A stretch of DNA of 64,000 nucleotides from Rhodocyclaceae bacterium UBA1310 (GTDB lineage Bacteria > Pseudomonadota > Gammaproteobacteria > Burkholderiales > Rhodocyclaceae): NCBI GenBank assembly GCA_002307175.1, contig DBTS01000006.1, positions 8,200-72,199 on the forward strand. Reading direction: 5' to 3'. Of the stretch, positions 58,808 to 64,000 are shown one piece after another. Position numbers and translations under genes: made by a program. Numbering within the stretch: position 1 is the stretch's first letter; each line of letters opens with the position of its first letter. Under the pieces are notes generated by a model, which saw only the letters and a program-made list of their open reading frames with translations, had not been told where the DNA came from and did not search any database.

Positions 58808-59254
58808 TCAGGCATGTTCATCCGAGGTTTCCTGCTGCCTGTGATAAATGGCCGTTAGCCCCCTGAGTGCCCCCCACATTCCTGTGCCTGCGGCCACTGG
58901 AAGCATAGCAAGCAGATCAATCGTGGCTGACTGTACGACGCCTTGTATCACGTTGGCTATGCCCGATGCGAACATAAACCACGCGGCTAGATGGAAAAAC
59001 TGTTCTGGGTGCGAAAAATTCAGAGGGTTTGCGTTCCATGCAGGAGGATTGTATTCGAATTTTTTAGCTCCGCGAATGAGAATGAGCAGACCGATTCCCA
59101 GGGAAAACAGCACGGGAATGAGGACAAAGACCAGGCCAACTTCCGGCCAGGTCACACTGGTATCCGTATGAGGTCGGCTCGGAGTGAGAATCTGAGAGAT
59201 AAATGCATAAGCAATTAGCGTAATACGTATCAGAGTCCAGTGTTGAAATTTCAT
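58808..59254 (-). CDS. Membrane protein, hypothetical
   Basis: MKFQHWTLIR..; about 4 TMs; PAWNANPLNFSHPEQFFH. Confidence 0.7.
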   Translation of the reverse strand: MKFQHWTLIRITLIAYAFISQILTPSRPHTDTSVTWPEVGLVFVLIPVLFSLGIGLLILIRGAKKFEYNPPAWNANPLNFSHPEQFFHLAAWFMFASGIANVIQGVVQSATIDLLAMLPVAAGTGMWGALRGLTAIYHRQQETSDEHA

Positions 59255-59331
59255 TTTTATGAAAAAACATTTATTTGTGACTGAAGGGAGGGGCTGCCTG
59301 TGGCAAAAAATGTAGCCCGTAGGGTGCAATA

Positions 59332-59778
59332 TCAAGGTTTTACGACGATCTGAGGTGCGTATCTGGAGCGGAGGTTGGCCGCCCAGAAGAGGGCACCGGC
59401 AGAGAAAGAATATGAGCTGAAGAGGCCTGGGTCGAAGCCCCAGGCAGAGGCGGCGCCGATTCCCCACAGCAATCCGGCGATTACCAGAGCAGCGGTGCGG
59501 CGGTCTTCGCCGTGAAGGCGTTTGAGTGTGATGGCGCTGATGGCCAGTACCAGAATCAGTACGGTGTTTATTACGATGTTGGCGTGCAACCTTGCGAGCG
59601 TGGTTTTAGGCCAGAATCCGGGATCAATCCGTGCAAGCGAGAGAACAAGAATCGCGATCTGTGCAATGAGGTGGATGTACAGCAGGGTTGTGTCCCTGCA
59701 AAACAGTTGTTTGAGGCGATGCCACACGTGCTTGGCTCCAGATGATGTTGCAGGTTTCACCGCTCTCTTTGGTGGCAC
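59332..59778 (-). CDS. Membrane protein, hypothetical
   Basis: About 4 hydrophobic segments. Confidence 0.55.
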   Translation of the reverse strand: MPPKRAVKPATSSGAKHVWHRLKQLFCRDTTLLYIHLIAQIAILVLSLARIDPGFWPKTTLARLHANIVINTVLILVLAISAITLKRLHGEDRRTAALVIAGLLWGIGAASAWGFDPGLFSSYSFSAGALFWAANLRSRYAPQIVVKP

Positions 59779-59840
59779 TTGCGTTCCAGTAAGGCAAGAC
59801 TTTGAGCTCGGTAGTTTACTTTAAAATATTCCAAATGCCA

Positions 59841-61157
59841 TTAAAGTACAAAGCGGAAATCCTCAATCAGCGCACCCGGTAGCAGGGCGCTGTCGGTGCC
59901 GCGCTGGCCGTAGCTGGAGCTGTCGATGAGCAGCTCGCGCTCCTGTGTCAGCGCCAGCAGATTTTCGCCGAGCATGCGGTACAGGGATTCGTCGAAGCGC
60001 ATTACATTAAGCGGGGCGACGATTTCGCCATGTTCCACGCGAAAACTGGCGAAGCGCGTCATGCCGGTCAGGCGGCAACTCACGCGGTCGGAATAATTGA
60101 GGTACCACAGGTTGCTGATCCACACGCCCGTGTCGAGTGCGGCGAGCGCATCGGCCTGGGGCAGGGCGCCTGCTGCCATTTCGATGCTCGCCAGGGATTC
60201 GTCGCCATTCGTGGCGAGGCTGTATTCGCGTGCCGTGCGTGGCGAGATCATTGAGTCGACAAGTCGCCCGCCCTCGATCAGGCTTACACGCGGCGGCTTG
60301 ATGAAGCCTTCTGCCTGGAAGCTGGGAGCCAGTCCGCCTGCGGTGTTCTCGGCGAGTGACATGGATGGATGCAGGCTGAGCCCTTCATCACGCATTCGCA
60401 GCAGCGGGCTTTGTTTGGTGCGCAGTGCCTTTTCTGACACGCCTCCCCAGTTCAGCATGCCGACAATTTCGCTCAATGCTGCTGGCGTGAGGAATGCCCG
60501 GTACGGCCCGGGCGGAATGGTGACGGCCGGGCGCTGCAAGATTGCGAGTTGCCGGCAGGCCTCGGCGAACTTGTTGCGGAAAACAGCGCCATCCCAGGTA
60601 AAGCCCGCGTAGCTGCTCTTCACAGCCTTGTCGGCAGCATGATAGAGGCTCCAGTCCAGGTTGAAGCTCGCCACCTCGTGCCAGTTGCGCTGCCCCCATG
60701 AATTCGCAAAGCCGCGATAGACCGGCCCGCTGGCGAGAATGCCGACAAAGTCATGCCCGGCCACGCTGCCCAGCACTTCATCAACGATGTCCTGTGTGGC
60801 CGGCAGGGCTGAAGCCACGATGCGCTCGCTCGACTGCACCTCGGCCGAGAGCATCAGGTGGGGGTCGTCCGGCAGATCCGGCAATTGTGCCCGCAGTTCA
60901 TTGACAAGACGCTCGATGAGCGCTGAATCCTCCTCGCGCACGCCGCTCAGGGTGACATCTCCCTGCGCCTGGCGCTCACCGCTGATGAGTTTGAGGCCCA
61001 GGTAACGCTGCTGCACATGACCACTCTGGCGGATCAGGCCGTGATTGAAGCGCACAAAGTCCGAAGATTCGGCACCCAGCCAGCAGGTGAATTGCTCGTC
61101 GCCCTTGAGGCGCGCGGTAATCTCATCGGCGAGATCGTAAAACCACTGCTGCATCAT
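59841..61157 (-). CDS. TldE/PmbA-family protein
   Basis: SDFVRFN, PGPYRAFLTPAA, WYLNYSD..RLTGMTR; lacks HExxxH; coupled to tldD. Confidence 0.9.
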   Translation of the reverse strand: MMQQWFYDLADEITARLKGDEQFTCWLGAESSDFVRFNHGLIRQSGHVQQRYLGLKLISGERQAQGDVTLSGVREEDSALIERLVNELRAQLPDLPDDPHLMLSAEVQSSERIVASALPATQDIVDEVLGSVAGHDFVGILASGPVYRGFANSWGQRNWHEVASFNLDWSLYHAADKAVKSSYAGFTWDGAVFRNKFAEACRQLAILQRPAVTIPPGPYRAFLTPAALSEIVGMLNWGGVSEKALRTKQSPLLRMRDEGLSLHPSMSLAENTAGGLAPSFQAEGFIKPPRVSLIEGGRLVDSMISPRTAREYSLATNGDESLASIEMAAGALPQADALAALDTGVWISNLWYLNYSDRVSCRLTGMTRFASFRVEHGEIVAPLNVMRFDESLYRMLGENLLALTQERELLIDSSSYGQRGTDSALLPGALIEDFRFVL

Positions 61158-62584
61158 GCTTCCGCTCCAAATACTTCCACATCGCTGAACAGGCAGGCCG
61201 GCGAGGCGTGCCCGACACGGATCACCTGCGAAGGCTCAGCCTTGCCGCAGTAGGGCGTGCCCATCACCGCCACGCTGGCCGCATTGCCCACCGCCCGCAG
61301 CGAACGCCAGAAAGTGGCTGAGATGCCACGATAGTTCGGGTTACGCACCACGCCGGCAAGCTCACCATTTTCAATCAGACGCCCATATTCGCAGCCGAAC
61401 TGGAACTTGTTGCGCGAGTCGTCGATAGACCACGACACATTGGCATCCATCAGCACCCCGTGCTCCACCGAAGCGATCATGGCTTCGAGCGTGCTTTCGC
61501 CCGGCTCGATATTGAGGTTGGACATTCGATCCAGCGGCGGCCGGTTCCAGTTGCTCGCCCGTGCACTTGCCGCCCCGCCAATGCCTGCCCGTGCCTGCGA
61601 GATGGCGCCACCCAGCGGGCGCTGCAGAATGCCATCGCGGATCACGAAGACCTTTTCAGCCGGGCTGCCATCATCATCCCAGGCATAGCTCGCAAACTGC
61701 TCGGGTCGTGTTGGGTCGAAACTCACATTGAGCAGCGGCGAGCCGTAGGCATAGTTGCCAAACATGTCCAGCGTCACGAAGCTCGTGCCTGCAAAATTGC
61801 GCTCGTCCCCAAGGATGCGATCCAGTTCCAGCGGATGCCCGATCGATTCGTGAATTTGCAGCATCATCTGTGATGGGAGCAAGAGCAGATCCATGCGCCC
61901 CGTGGGGCAGTTCGGCGCTTCGAGCAAGGCCAGCGTCTCGCGTGCCACGCCCGGCGCACAGCCAATGAAGCCGCTCTCCCGCAGCAAGGCGAGATCGCCC
62001 TGCTGGCACAGGCCACCGCCTGCGAAACTGCGCGTCTGCGTATCTCGCCCGGCGTTGGCGCTCACAGACAGAGCAGGGGTCACGTAGCGGAATTGCTGCG
62101 CAATCTCCGCACCATCGGCGGTAAGGTAGAGCTGCTCACTGGCAACCATCCATAAGGATGCCGACCAATCGACGATGCGCGCATCCAGCGGGCAGGCCGC
62201 AGATTCTGCCAGCAGAATGTCGATAATCTCGCGCCGCGAAGGCTGCGGCGCACCGCTCTGCGGGCTTGCGTACTGCCCCTGCAGGCGCGGCAGTGTGATG
62301 CTGCTGTAATCCACCACCGCACGCCCGGCACTCGCCGCCGCCCAGCCCTGTGCCTTCGCAATGGCCGCCTTGAGGCCCGCGGCACTCAGATCGCTGGTGG
62401 CGGCATAACCATAGCCGCCGCGATGTATCACCGTGATCATCGCGCCACGGTCAAAGCTGGTGCTCAAGGGCTGCAGCACATTCTGGCGTACTTCGGTGCG
62501 CTCGCTGCGCTCATCCAGCAGGCGCAGCGAACAGAAATCAACGGGAGGGGCGAGCTGTTTGAAGAGGCGGCGGATAGTGTCCAC
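61154..62584 (-). CDS. tldD: TldD metalloprotease
   Basis: QIHESIGHPLELDR (HExxxH), DDDG, PPLDRMSN, TPYCGK..P.Q. Confidence 0.92.
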   Translation of the reverse strand: MDTIRRLFKQLAPPVDFCSLRLLDERSERTEVRQNVLQPLSTSFDRGAMITVIHRGGYGYAATSDLSAAGLKAAIAKAQGWAAASAGRAVVDYSSITLPRLQGQYASPQSGAPQPSRREIIDILLAESAACPLDARIVDWSASLWMVASEQLYLTADGAEIAQQFRYVTPALSVSANAGRDTQTRSFAGGGLCQQGDLALLRESGFIGCAPGVARETLALLEAPNCPTGRMDLLLLPSQMMLQIHESIGHPLELDRILGDERNFAGTSFVTLDMFGNYAYGSPLLNVSFDPTRPEQFASYAWDDDGSPAEKVFVIRDGILQRPLGGAISQARAGIGGAASARASNWNRPPLDRMSNLNIEPGESTLEAMIASVEHGVLMDANVSWSIDDSRNKFQFGCEYGRLIENGELAGVVRNPNYRGISATFWRSLRAVGNAASVAVMGTPYCGKAEPSQVIRVGHASPACLFSDVEVFGAEA

Positions 62585-62687
62585 GATAGGCTGCTGGTGA
62601 ATTGGTTGGGTGTATAGGCTAGGGTTATCGCATGCTGCATCAATCGCACGCAGGGCGTCAAGATTGAATCATCCAGCATCTGGTGCT

Positions 62688-62921
62688 TGCGCCCTCCGGG
62701 CGGAGGTTGCACCGGCGCAATTTCGCTACGCTTCATTGTTCCGCTTCGCGCGCCCTACGCAAACCGGCACGGTAGGCCAATGGTGTAGGTTGGGAAAGCC
62801 GCAGGCGTCTCCCAACGCTTTGTTATGCCGCATCGTGTCCTTTTACGCACGGTTTTTCATGTCGTTCGCTGCGGTGTGATACGCGAGAGGGTACTTTGCC
62901 CGCACGAAAGTCTGAAGGACA
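62688..62921 (+). mobile_element. Partial copy of the ISL3-like MITE/REP element
   Basis: About 235-bp high-identity direct repeat of 54091-54327, including right TIR AAAGTCTGAAGGAC; left TIR not found. Confidence 0.8.
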
Positions 62922-63263
62922 ATTATCTTAACCCTCTTGGACAAGCCCGCCTCACTGTTCCGCAGTGGCAGTGCCGGAAGGACGCAGAAGCAGTGCCAGA
63001 GCGGCTTTCGGAGGCTGCGGCACATTATTGATGCTCGCCCCAGGCTTGCCCCAGCAAACTATTTTGCACGGTTTGACGATAGTTCTTGCTAAACCCCCAG
63101 ATTAGGCGCACAGTGAGTGTACGAGTTTCAAGTACCGCCGACTTCATCTGGTCTTGCTGCCGCCTTTTTGGGTGGTGTCTCTTTTCCGATTATCCCGCCG
63201 CCTTGATTTTCGTCCCTGCATTGGGGGATTTTCCCTCGTTTATATTTTTAGGAATTTGAATAC

Positions 63264-63467
63264 ATGGCAACAGGCAAAGTGAAGTGGTTTAACGACAGCA
63301 AAGGTTTTGGTTTCATTACGCCGGATGACGGCACCGATGATCTGTTCGCACACTTTTCTGCTATTCAGAGCGGCGGTTTCAAGACGCTGCCTGAAGGCGC
63401 TCAGGTTGAATTTGAAGTCACCAAGGGTCCTAAGGGCCTGCAGGCTTCGAACATCCGCTTGATGTAA
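63264..63467 (+). CDS. Cold-shock protein (CspA family)
   Basis: [33 protein letters not shown]. Confidence 0.97.
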   Translation: MATGKVKWFNDSKGFGFITPDDGTDDLFAHFSAIQSGGFKTLPEGAQVEFEVTKGPKGLQASNIRLM

Positions 63468-64000
63468 TTGCTTTTCAGCATTTTTGATTGCGCGCCGCGG
63501 CCCGAACGTCCTTGACGATTCCCCGCGGTAATTAAGCGCAATCAAAAATTGGTGTCTTCGACGCCAGTCCCGTTTTTGCTTCCTCCAGCCAGTCCTGTCG
63601 AGCTTATTTAGCCTCGGTTTGGATTTGGTGTGTGCCCAGTTTGTGGCTGGTTTAAACTCAGTTTAAGCCTAGTTCAAACTCGGTTCAAATTGGGTCAGGC
63701 TCACCGCCGCCCAACACGGCAAGCAAAACGGGCAATACCCAGATCGCCTGATAAACTCCCGCGTTCTTGTTGGTGGCTGCAATTGTGCGGCTGTCCATCT
63801 ATCCCCTTTGTGTTGGCGGTATGTCATCGTCATGGGGTGCCCGAGTCGGAAAACTTCGATTCCAGGGCAAAACTTTGAAAGATCGAATGAATTTAGAATT
63901 ACAGAGACAAGCAGCCCAACAGCTTTGCACCGAAGCCGGCATTACAGTACTTCCCTACGGGAACGCCTGGTGGCTCCTCGGCGATAACATCAGTCGCGTA

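Overview
GC-rich proteobacterial (probably betaproteobacterial) chromosomal window, annotated by eye from motifs only, with no database searches. (1) 1-12.3 kb: variable region of small genes punctuated by GTAG-type REP palindromes. It holds hypotheticals, an LMW phosphatase, VOC, CYTH, GNAT, a zinc-ribbon fusion and a hen1 5' remnant. (2) 12.4-23.3 kb: an MCP, a FixJ-like regulator, a pentapeptide-repeat protein, and a zinc-uptake operon with a Zur-like box and a CxxC/RAPP (DUF2946/CruR-like) leader, joining ZrgA-D-like and ZnuABC/AztABC-like transporters. (3) 23.4-54.3 kb is the most unusual part. A podovirus-like virion gene set (scaffold, N4-gp56-type major capsid, adaptor, two LamG receptor-binding paralogues, tail and ejection-like proteins) has apparently intact ORFs but no terminase, portal, integrase, replication or lysis genes in the window. 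It is split into sub-operons, each preceded by a CCCCT(G/C)T(A/G)GGGTT promoter motif. It is interleaved with glycan genes (GT-C-like membrane proteins, GT2, methyltransferase, Wzx) and bounded by ISL3-like MITEs that carry hairpin/REP cargo; one MITE has a perfect 8-bp target duplication. (4) 54.8-64 kb: ankyrin, GNAT, nhaD under an nhaA-I (Li+-I) riboswitch, tldD/tldE-like pair and a cold-shock gene. No rRNA, tRNA or CRISPR array was seen.
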